Shown piece after piece: positions 53,479-64,000 of a stretch of 64,000 bases of DNA. Origin of the DNA: Trichoplax adhaerens (Eukaryota > Animalia > Placozoa); NCBI RefSeq assembly GCF_000150275.1, contig NW_002060945.1:9316011-9380010 (forward strand). The letters run 5' to 3'. Under the pieces are notes generated by a model, which worked only from the letters and a program-made list of their open reading frames with translations, was not told where the DNA came from and ran no database searches. A program made the translations under genes and the position numbers. The first letter of the stretch is position 1. The number at the start of each line of letters is the position of its first letter.

Positions 53479-56400
53479 GGGCCATGCAGGTAAGAAAAAC
53501 ATGGTCAGGGTTTCAAGCTTCCACTTTTCGTCACAGAATAATGCACCATCATTGCAGGAGTTCAGTCATAGACTAGAATTGAGTTGAGTTGCTGTAGTCG
53601 TTTGATTGTAGTCTATGAAAAATAGTTCTCGGAAAAGTTGGAGATCTCGACTGGACCAAACCAATCGACTCACTTGACTGTCTCGTATCATGGTTGGAGT
53701 CAATTTCTTACTACTTCATCGTACAGGATAGTCAGTCAGTCAGTCGAATTTAGGGTCGAGCATGCGCTCTTCGTTCGTCCTGTCCACCACAGTCTACAGT
53801 GCACAGTATCGCTGCAGTCCTGGTACGGTAGGCATGACCGATGAGAAACCCATTTGTTTACAACCTACCGTACGCCACCCTAGTTTTATTGTTTCACTAT
53901 GGGCACGATGGCCCCACGACCATCGTGCCCTGGTACCACTGACGGTAAACAATCTCTCTATGGATGAAGTGGGTGACCGCGCCAATCCTAGTTGAGTCGA
54001 TGTCTTAACCCCCTCCAATGTTGCAACTACCACCGAAAGCGGTGTAAATGCCCCGACATAACCCTATCCGAGTCATTCGTTATTGGCGTCACTGACGTAG
54101 GGAACACGGTTGCAAGAGTGGAGAAGAGAAAAAGTTGCCGACGATTCCTTCTATCCTCATCATTGCAATGGTCATCCATTGCGTTCTTCTTGCTTAGTTG
54201 ATAGCACCATTTTTTGCATTAGCTTGATAGAGTCTAGTACAAGCTACGATCATGATCGCTGTAGTTTGATTCCTTTTACTCATGGTTACCGATGGCTTTT
54301 ACCTTTGATTGCTTGCAGCATAAAAGGACAATCATCAATCATGCCAAGGATTAGGCCCAATCGTTCGTCCACTTCTGATCAGGCTAATTTAGTCATTGAT
54401 CAAGAAATCTCGACGTTATCCATCAGTACAAATGAAGTGGCTATCGGTTCAAGTATTATTATATCATGGGATATTAAAGGACCATGTTTAGAAAATGACT
54501 GGATCGGCCTATTCTATTCTGGTAAGGATTGTCACTCGTTGTAAAATTGATTTGTCGGCTCATTTCTATGCCTTTCGTCTTGTCATGGTACCCGTTGTTA
54601 TCATTCTCTCTTCCGTGTTGCAGTACAGCATTGTAAAGTCAATTACCCTTCTACAGGAAGCGTAGTTGTCCATTTCTTCAATCTAGGAAGATCGATCAAT
54701 CAATACGATCATCGTCCATTTGCTTTCCATTCCTTACTATCTTGATTACACTACATGTACATACTTGTACTACCTTTCAATATTCAATTCAACGCTTTCA
54801 AATAGCCCTTCAACAACACCATCGACACACTATAGTAGCATCTGTATGGCAAACATGGCGGTCAATCGACATCAGGTAGTCAACACGGATAAAAGGCCAT
54901 CGTTCAAATTGGACGATATACACAACGATTGGGCATAGGATGAGCATAGCCATGACAGCCATTTCTTTATTTGTGCATTTTTCTTCTTCATCCATTGGGG
55001 CCTCATTTTTCACTTGGATTTTCTCTCTTTTCAATCGCTTGGATATGGGGTTGACCACATCCAAATTTGCATTCATTTTAGATTAGTTGTTGTCCATCAT
55101 TTCTACATCTATACTTTAATAGCTATGCATTCCCTTGCAGGAGTGGAAAAAAAACGGCCAGTATAAATTAGACTATTCCTACAAGGCAGCTTACTTTCTG
55201 CTGACTGCAAGCACTGCATACCATCCAAATTTCACCCCTTCATATTCATAAACGACCATCATGAGACTAGCGATCAATTTTTGCTAGGACCTTACGGTAT
55301 CAATTGCTCATTGTATTCGCTGAATGGCCGACTTGTTTATATGACATAGAATATAGAATATGTCGTTTACCGTATGCAGTAGATCTGCTTTCTACATGAA
55401 TCTAAACTCCCGTACTGTATATGTATCGTGGTTGAAATCTTTTTCTCTCCAATCACGTTAGATTCTGTATTGGACGGTGTTGGAAGGCAATTCATCACCA
55501 TCTAATAACCCCGAGATAGCGATCCATACTGGAGAACTAGGCTATCATCGCAATCTTATCTTAAATTAGCCATGAGTAAACACTTTTGGAGAAACATTTT
55601 TTTTATCGCACTCCAGCAGTCTCTTCGTTAATGTTGCAATCCTTTCTTAGCCTGCATAAAACGATACTTTTCATCATGCTCTACTTGGATGGATTACAGT
55701 TTGTTTGCAATGTTTTACCTTGTAGTCCATGGAAAACGACTGTACTATATAATCCTCTATTCGAGAAAAAGACAAACAAAAAATAGCCCCAGGTCGATCC
55801 ATGATCGTACATTCAGAGTCTTTTCCGATCCATGTTGGTTCAGCCTTGATTGCCAAGATTCATTCACAAAAAAAATGAATTCCAAGCTGATCAGTTGATT
55901 GGGATTGTACACTCCAAGAGTCATCAATGGACTTTGTAAACTTGTAGTTATTCAATATCAACGGAATGAAATCATTCAGTCTCGATGGTCCATGGTCAGT
56001 ACTGCACTAACCATGGATTAACATTAGACTTTTTTCCTATTCAGAAATCAACTCTATCAAGGACGATACAGCCTTGTATTGATCATACTCAACATACGAG
56101 ATACTCTTTGCTTTAAAGAAAAAAATAATTTTTAAAATGTTGAGTATCGCCATTTCCAGAAGAATCCAAACACGACTAAATATATTCCATCAACATCACG
56201 GTGGGGTACTTTACTCAAACTACACAAGTTCTCTTTTACTACAGTAACGATATCAACAAAATTCCTCTGACGAATTGGAAAAGTTGTCGTAAAGGTACAT
56301 TCACATGATGGACAACTCTGCCTGTTAGTATACCAAGAGAAGTAAACTTTCTAACATGACTGCCGGTACTACACATTATTAGTACTATAGTAGGATGTGA

Positions 56401-59400
56401 TAGTACTGTTGCTTAGTTTCCAATAACTGGATCGATTAATGATACATTCTACAGCCATGATTCAGCCATGGCTCTTGCTACTAAATGACCAAAATCATCT
56501 CTACTCCAACATGGAATCGATAAACAGCGAAGAGATCCAATTCTTAATTACTTCAGTAGGAGCACAAATAAATACAGTGCGTTAGTCCCTTTATGGCTAA
56601 AGGAATCGCAAGGAACTGCTGACGTCGAACACCCTATAGCCACATGCAGTATGATAAAACTGGATTAAACCAGCAGTGATAGTATCTTACCTTATAAAAA
56701 ACACCATGATTCATGATCACATTGGCTTGATGATAAATGAATGAATGTGTTCCATTCTGTGAATTGATGAACATTCTACCGCCTAATAGACCGTTGAGAA
56801 TGTTCAGTTAGAACATTGGTGATTTAGAAATAACTTCATGTCTAGTTCAACATCCTTGTTATGCTTGGAAAGTTCGAATGCATCATTTGAGGGACTATTT
56901 TATCCTACAAATACTTATGTACTTTTATTAGATGGGATCGTAAACTTGATACAAGTAGTTTTGTTTTGCACCATGATGAGTCAGATATACGATTAATTAT
57001 TACCGTAGTTGGCACACTACCTACGGTAGCATGTATATGCACGACATGTATGGTAGAATTTATCCTAAAAAGCTATCCTTTAAAGTAAAAGTAAACTTTA
57101 AAATATCAATTCTTCTATGGCATGAGAACTTGATAGAGTTTTGATCGTTTTTTTGGCTTTTCAATATTGTTACGCCAATGATTATTGAATCTACATATAT
57201 ATATATATATATATAACACAACATTGCTATAACAATAATAACAATCATATTAATAATGACTTTCAATATGTGGTTGACAGTGAATTAAAGCTGACAAATT
57301 CAATCGATCCCATGTAACATATACTGTATCTTTATTCACATATAGATGATGACAACACAGATAATTCTATCGCCTGCTTCCATCGATACAAAGACGTCTA
57401 TAGAAAAGGAAAATACAGTTGGTTAGTTCGTGAATTCGACAACGAGTTTGGTAAAGGTACGTAACTCTGCTATCGTTGATAATTTCTAGTTGTATGTGAG
57501 TAGATATGCACCCTTGTATTAATTATTTCCATCTGATAATGATGATAAGTAACGATAATGATCGATAGCTTGCTTTTCTACAGAAACTGCAGCTCTTCAT
57601 CTGTAGACACTTCATTCTTAAATCTTAAAGCTTGATGTTGCTATTAATGATAGAAAATCATGATATGGCTTGGACTAGAGACCTAGAGAAATTCAAAGTG
57701 TCTCATGCCTTCATAACTTTATAGTGTTGTGACGTAAATAATAAACTTTAAGCCTTGATAGCTGCAATAATTCCTTAGAACTGAGGAATATAAAGTATTT
57801 ATAGTAAATTATACAATCAATTTGTATAGTAGTCTAAATTCCATCACTTGTGATCCTTCGATTTTATAACGGCCTTTCATTAAAGTATTTATAGTAAATT
57901 ATACAGTCAATTTGTATAGAATTTAACTTCCAACTATTGGTGATCCAGGAATTTTATAACAACCTTTCCATAAAATATTTATAGTAAGTTATACTGTCCG
58001 TTTGTATAGTATGTAACTCCCACTATTGGTGATCCTTCGATTTTATAACAACACTTTCGATAGTTTGCCTGAATGGTTCACAACAAACAATTCTATCTCT
58101 TTTTCTATCTCTTTTTCTTCTAACTATGTTTATTCTTTTCTACTTTTTTAGCTACATCACAATGTTGTTTTAGGTACTATAATAGTACATCGCAGATCCT
58201 ACGAGCTGTTAGTCCTGTATTTACAGTTTATAATCCAAATGTTGAGGTAAGGCTAACAACCTTAACCCTTAATTGAAAGACTAACCCTCAATTGAAAGGC
58301 TGACTTTCTTGCCCTGTATGTCAAGTCGATTAGTTACGCTTGATTTAAATTCGTATCACATACAAAGACTATACTAATAGCTAAATGATAACTTTATTGT
58401 ATGTGATTTTTAAAATGGACGTAAATTATATAAAATATTGAATTGCGTAAAGATATCGCATCATTTCTCTTAACGCTTGCTGAAAAATAAACGGAAACAT
58501 TGATAACGTCGTTATTGATATCAATCTTTCCGGTATGCAATAATCATGCACTTATTATAGTCTTTATCTGTTTGTAAAAAATTTACTGTAGTTGATCTCG
58601 ACTTGTATATTTCGTTGCTAAATGTTCTCTGCTAGGAATATCGGTAAACAAATATAACTAGTTATGGCTTATATTTATTTATAATCCATTACGGAATACA
58701 GTACTGCTAAAAAATATGATGTAATCAGCCAAATTTACTGCTTTTTTAAACAATTTCTAAAATTGATTATCCATCAGAAATAATTGTACATTATTGATAG
58801 TTTTTGCAATTTAATTAAAATTTTGCATTTAAGAAAATTTGTCAATAGCTGATCTAGTTCCTAATTTTTTGGCTTTAGATACCTTTTAACCTACAAGAAG
58901 AAATACTTCCCTGTTATCGAAATCGTAAATTTGTTTTTGCATTGTCTGGTATGCAGTATTATATATCTTTAATTCTATAATTGCTTTGTACAGAGACACT
59001 TATAAATAGGTATAGAATACTTATAGATGTATCTAGTCGTAGCATCGCTAATTAATTTTACCGAATTTATACGTATATTTGAGACTGTAGTGAAATAGGC
59101 TTAGATTAATATATCGCTTTTAGCAACAGTAACATAATAGTTGACTTTATTAAAGTACTGTATATTTTACGTTGTTTATGCTTCTAGATATCTGCGTCAA
59201 TGGCTTAAAAAGACGACTATTTAGCAAACCTTCAACTAATGTCGTTGTAGCAGTAATGCCTCGATGTCTCTTGCATCATAAGTCCAATTCTAGTTTCAAA
59301 CGATCTACTTCTGTGCAATCGAAAACAACCGAACCGTGCTGGAATGGCGAAGTAAGGATATTAACAATCATTACATATATAAAGATTAAAGTACCTTAAA

Positions 59401-62400
59401 TGTTACTTATGAATCTATATACGCGGCAAGCACCGGTGCATGTGGACTGACATTCACAATGATATGTATTATACTATCTTTTAAAATTATTATAATTTCG
59501 CCCATGAAAGCAATAGGATTTTAATATCATTTCTTGAATATACACATTGAATGATATTAACCTGCACCTCATCTATAGGATCTCATTCTTTATAGTACTA
59601 GAACAAGTCTTTCTATATAGCATTACCTTATGTGTTTATTTGGTAATACTACCTATTATAATTATATAGATTTTTAGATTTCAAGCGCGAGTTTTTGATG
59701 TTCTACAATTGGAGGTTCGTGACAGCGAAAATCTTTATAGGAGTAAATTTGTTGGAAAGATAGGCATTCCCTTTATCGAAATATTCAAAGCCAATTTAAC
59801 CAAGAGGTAAGCCATACCGTACCGCATTTGATCCAAAACTTTTTTTCTATAGTATTTTTTACAATATTGAAATATTCCTATCTATTTTTCAGTGAGATGT
59901 CGAACTATACCTGTCGATTATGTGACAAAAGTGGTTCAAAGTACGTCAATGGTTGGATATCTTTCGTTTTAACTCAAATTCCAGTAGATGGCTCAGGTTC
60001 GTTAATATCTTCATAGGGATGTTTTATCGAGTGAATTCTTAACAGTATTCATTCTTCTAATGTACATCTTATTGAATAGGATTGACAATCTCTTTATCCA
60101 TGTCCGGATTAAGTAATGTATCTGGTAAGTTACTTTTGTATCTATTGTAATTTATCGTGGCGAAACTAATTACTTCGATCTTTATAATTATCATAGCAGA
60201 AACCAATGGTCAAATTAACATATCTCGTAATAGAGAGGGTAGGTCATTTCAGAAGATATTACTCAATGAAGATTGGTTTCATCGGCTGAGTGATAATGTC
60301 GAAGACGATATCCAATCTCAGAATGGTACAGAGGTGGAAGTAATTCATAATTTAGATGAAATGGAAGATGATACTAGGTTTCCTCAATCAATACGACAAC
60401 ACGATAATGCAGCTATTTTAGGCAATCACACACATAATGAAAATGGTCATTCTTCTCGACATGGGCACAATGATTGCGAACCTGAGTTGGCCGTCGAAGA
60501 CTCACTCGCGGCAGGACATATTATTAACTCTTCTGGTGAAGATGAATCAAGCAGTGTTATCATCAATGACACACGTGAAAACTTTGAAATTGAATTAGCA
60601 CAAACATCTAACTTAACCCATGAATCGAATGGGTTATCGCATGATAGTTATAATCTAACATGCATAGAGCGCACAGAAGGCATAATTAATATATATCGTG
60701 CTAGTGTTGAAATTAACGGTCAAGCCAGTAATTCCGATGTAAGCTACTTAATTGTATTATAGTCGTAGTTGATGTAAATTAAAATTTCAATATTATGATA
60801 CTAATTGGAGTTGTTTAAATTACGTTAGTTAACTGAAACCGATTTAGAAGCTTCTGCAGAAGTACAAACTGCGAAAGTCCATCAAGATCTGACTACCACT
60901 GGAGCGTGCTATACGCCTGCTGCTAACGTGACATTAGATGATGCTAATCATGTACATAGTCCTAATAATGATGTAATTGATAGTAATTATGATAACCATT
61001 ATCCTATTGAAAGATCACAAGTTAATTCAATTAATGAACATAATCAAAATCATATCGACCTACCAACTATGAATGTGAATCCTGATACTGTCATTAACAC
61101 ATCTAATCAAACTCACTCATCGTATGAATCGACCAGCGCCAGTAGTACTAATACGTCTGAAACTTGTCATCAATCAGATCTATTAGAACCGTTAAATGAT
61201 AATAAAATTACATCGACCGACGAGATAAATAGAAATCGTCACGATAAGGTTGGAACATCCATAAATTCTACTGAACATGAATTTCGAGTAAATACTGATC
61301 ATAATGATGTAAATAATACACCACCTTCTACAAATAGCAATCGTCAATGGATAGATATAGATATTGAAGCAAACAATGTATGCGATTCAACACAATTATT
61401 ATCACAGGATAATTCCAATGAGCCTGGTTTAACTTTTGAGTCTACTATTGCGAGAATGGATAGTCACTCGTCTTCATTGCAAGATTGTCAACGTAGAGGT
61501 GAACCTTTCATATCTAATGCCATTAATAATGAAGTAACAGCTATGGTTCATGATGAAAATAGCAATCACAGCCACGTGATACAATGCGAATATCACAATC
61601 ACCAAATAAGTAACGAAAATATTGACGCACAGAATATTATACCAACATCAGACTGTAGTCAAGAATTGGGTAAAGCTGACCTCAGAAGCAATTATGGAGT
61701 TACTGCGACAAATCCTGATACCGTAGCGATATCGTCGCATCCAATCGACAACTCGCAATTAATGGAGGGTAATATGCTATATAATAGTGAAATAATTCCT
61801 TCTGAAAATCAAAATTTTAGCGTTGTGGACCAGTCTTTATTGAACTCTCAACTTACAGTAACCAACGATAATAATACTCAAGATGATGAACATAGCCGTC
61901 AACTTGGTAAATGATAGGGAAATTATTTATTTCGTAATTTTTAATCTACTGTAATTAACTTCGCTCTATAAAGACGATTACAGGTACACAGTCTAAATAA
62001 TATATTTAATTTTTTCTTTTCGGTTTAGAATCTGTCATGATTCCTATCTCAAGTCAACAAATTAGTGAGACGCAGCATCTATCGAATGATTATCACGATG
62101 ATCAACCTTTAAGAACTGAAAATACTGTAATTGTTAATCCTAACTCTGAGTTGCAGCAGTATAATGAAGATATTACTCCTGAACTCAACTTCAATAACAA
62201 CGAAATCTTACCTATAACTGCTGATGAAGTTTGTAACAGCAGTGAAGGTAATCTGATGGCCAATGTATCGGTATTACATGGTAATAGTGATGAAATAGAA
62301 GTTGATAATCATCTTTTCGTTAATGAATCTCCGACTAATTTAGTAGTGGAACAAAATCATTTTATTCTTGAACCATCAAATTCTCTCATCGTTCTCGATG

Positions 62401-63983
62401 AAAGTACTACTACTAATAGAAGCGAACCAATTGGAGTTAACAATTTCGACTTAGCAGACACAACTAGCAGAGAAATTATACCTGAATCAAGCGCAGATTA
62501 TAGTGAATCTAGTATGGCTTATCTATATCGACCTTACGTTGAAAGTGCGGAACGAGCTACCGAAGTATCTTCTGCTAATCTTTTACAATCAATTCCTTAT
62601 GTCACAGCGTCAGCTTCAGGAAACAACTGGTATGAAGCTAGTAGTGATACACAAGCTACAGCTACGCTCACGGATAGGTACAATAACGGAGAGGTTGAAA
62701 ATAGTAATGATACCGATATGGGAAATGGGTCTTATGCTAGCGCGTTACGAGCGGCATCATCCATGTTGTACCAAAACTCTGTGCCAGTGACGAACGATTG
62801 GCAAGATCAAAGTAACCTCGTTGATTCTAATAGTGCAGCCAGTGTAGATACGTCAAACTCCAGTAAGTTTATATAATTAATTTTTTTAAATTATCTCTGC
62901 AAAGTCTAACTTGCTGACCTTGGAATTGGTAAGGGTGGGAAAAGCGAACTGATATGTACGGACGAGAATTCTACTACAATCGTGAGACACATACGACAGA
63001 ATGGGCAGCACCGTTGCCAGGTATTTCTTCTTATTATTAATTTCTTCTTGTTAGTAAATCAAATTAATTCAATTGTGAAATTCAAAAGCTAATAACGTGT
63101 TTTCGATATAGAATCATCGTCTGAACAAACTTTAATTCAGAGACGGCGTCGATTAGACGAACGGTATTGCTATGATAACTATTCAAGTATTGCAATTATT
63201 GTATTGTTTAATTAATCCTTGATGTATCGTTTTTTTATATTATAGATATGTTAGCTTACGCCGTGCCATTAAATTTTCACGAGTTAATCCTGTGCATAAC
63301 CAAGTGAGTGATAACAGCAGTAACGATAAGAATATCCCTCAAGTTGAAGATGCTGCTGTAGCTTCGTTAGCTACTGAACCACAGCAAAATAGTAGCTTAG
63401 CACAAAACCAAGAAGGCTCATCTACTGTAGAAAGTAATTCGACGGAGACCTTGCCCCAGAATACTGAATCAACTACTGTACGCCGACACAGCGCCTTTAA
63501 TAGCTTAGCAACAAATTCTTCAACAGATGGTATTGAACCTAAACGCGACGACTCCCATGCTCAAGCTTTCCTTACACGTCATGATTTGATTGAATTAATC
63601 GAAGACCATGCTGTAAGTATACTCATGAAATTGTGTTATGATTAAATCATCAAACGTTGCCATCAGTTGTTCTCTATGCTTTTGAAATTTTACTATATCA
63701 AACGCGCGTATTTAGGAAGCTAATACGTTGTACAGTCGAGAAAAACCTTTGCGACAAGCAATTCAGAAGATACGAAGAGGCGCAACACAATTTGACAAGT
63801 AAACTCAAGTTGTTGTAGCTGTAAACTATCTATCTTTCACTAAGAATCTGATAAAATATCAATTTCTTATATTTTTCTAGATACAAGAAAAGTCGAAGAA
63901 TGGTTACATTCTTAAACTGCTTTGTTGATACTAGTGAACCACTTCCAGAACATATGATCGTGACCCAGCAAGAAAATGGAAAT
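53461..63983 (+). CDS. HECW: HECW/NEDL-type NEDD4-family E3 ubiquitin ligase, 5' part (HECT domain beyond window)
   Basis: Exons (53461-53489), 54319/54341-54521, 57346-57456, 58152-58246, 58879-58948, 59188-59351, 59670-59806, 59893-59996, 60080-60124, 60197-60738, 60829-61906, 62029-62862, 62934-63020, 63112-63163, 63246-63612, 63716-63798, 63881-63983; phases consistent. Motifs: HECW-N (ISWDIK..ENDWIGLF; CFRYYNSTSQILRAVSP), C2, WW (RWEKRTDMYGREFYYNRETHTTEWAAP), LDERYVSLRR, helical box (IQKIRRGATQFDKYKKSRRMVTFLNCF). The start at 53461 is less certain than the ATG at 54341. Confidence 0.9.
53640..54110 (+). promoter_or_regulatory. Candidate proximal or alternative promoter of HECW
   Basis: Locally GC/CpG-rich; CCAAT at 53661, 53982 and 54082 (reverse); CGTCA/TGACG half-sites at 54087-54097. 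Motif evidence only. Confidence 0.3.
54341..58246 (+). CDS. HECW: HECW N-terminal domain exons
   Basis: STLSIS..EVAIGSSIIISWDIKGPCLENDWIGLFYS / GKYSW / QCCFRYYNSTSQILRAVSPVFTV resembles the HECW1/2 N-terminal domain as I recall it (WDIKEEV..DWIG; KICFKYYHG.SGALRATTP). Confidence 0.85.
57195..57215. repeat. (AT)10 microsatellite
   Basis: Direct reading. Confidence 0.9.
57791..58050. repeat. Intronic tandem repeat, 90 bp x3
   Basis: TAAAGTATTTATAGTAAATTATACA.TCAATTTGTATAG...TGATCC...ATTTTATAAC at 57791, 57881, 57971. Confidence 0.9.
58879..59996 (+). CDS. HECW: HECW C2 domain exons
   Basis: FVFALSDICVNGLKRRLFSKPST...TSVQSKTTEPCWNGE|IFRF...DVLQLEVRD...KFVGKIGIP...VNGWISF. Confidence 0.85.
60197..62862 (+). 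CDS. HECW: HECW acidic N/S/H-rich disordered linker (three large exons)
   Basis: ORFs 60157, 60928 and 62037 are joined in phase by short GT-AG introns 60739-60828 and 61907-62028. Confidence 0.85.
62934..63983 (+). CDS. HECW: HECW WW1, helical box and start of WW2
   Basis: WW1 has both tryptophans and the terminal P; helical box; WW2 begins EPLPEHMIVTQQENGN before the donor at 63984. Confidence 0.87.
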
Positions 63984-64000
63984 GTAAGTTATAGGATATT

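Noticed and set aside
52828-54201. Cluster of short ORFs on both strands (e.g. 52828-53103, 53268-53462, 53794-54033)
   Set aside because: By-products of the GC-richer repeat/promoter region; no domain similarity and they overlap each other.

Overview
AT-rich (by eye about one third GC) intron-containing animal DNA. Composition, short introns and gene content suggest an early-branching animal, plausibly a placozoan such as Trichoplax; this is inference only. Two intact + strand genes can be spliced together by hand with every intron phase consistent. (1) 25304-46333: a 20-exon, ~1292-aa Ras-family GEF with the unusual layout helical N-terminus / long disordered linker / PX / REM / CDC25. Its REM domain is interrupted by a U12-type AT-AC intron (43344-43842). 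(2) 53461 or 54341 to beyond 64000: a HECW/NEDL-type E3 ligase (HECW-N, C2, ~830-aa acidic linker, WW, helical box, degenerate WW2; the HECT domain lies outside the window). Its most upstream candidate start codon sits in the last copy of a ~134-bp tandem array. Intergenic DNA holds degenerate tandem repeats, a decayed multi-exon SAM-methyltransferase gene (minus strand, 46.8-47.8 kb) and weaker gene remnants (SLC16-like, kringle-like, unassigned). One RasGEF intron holds a ~264-nt imperfect hairpin and a cluster of AP-1 sites. There is a 50-N assembly gap at 46389-46438. I could not support any tRNA, rRNA, CRISPR array or transposase.
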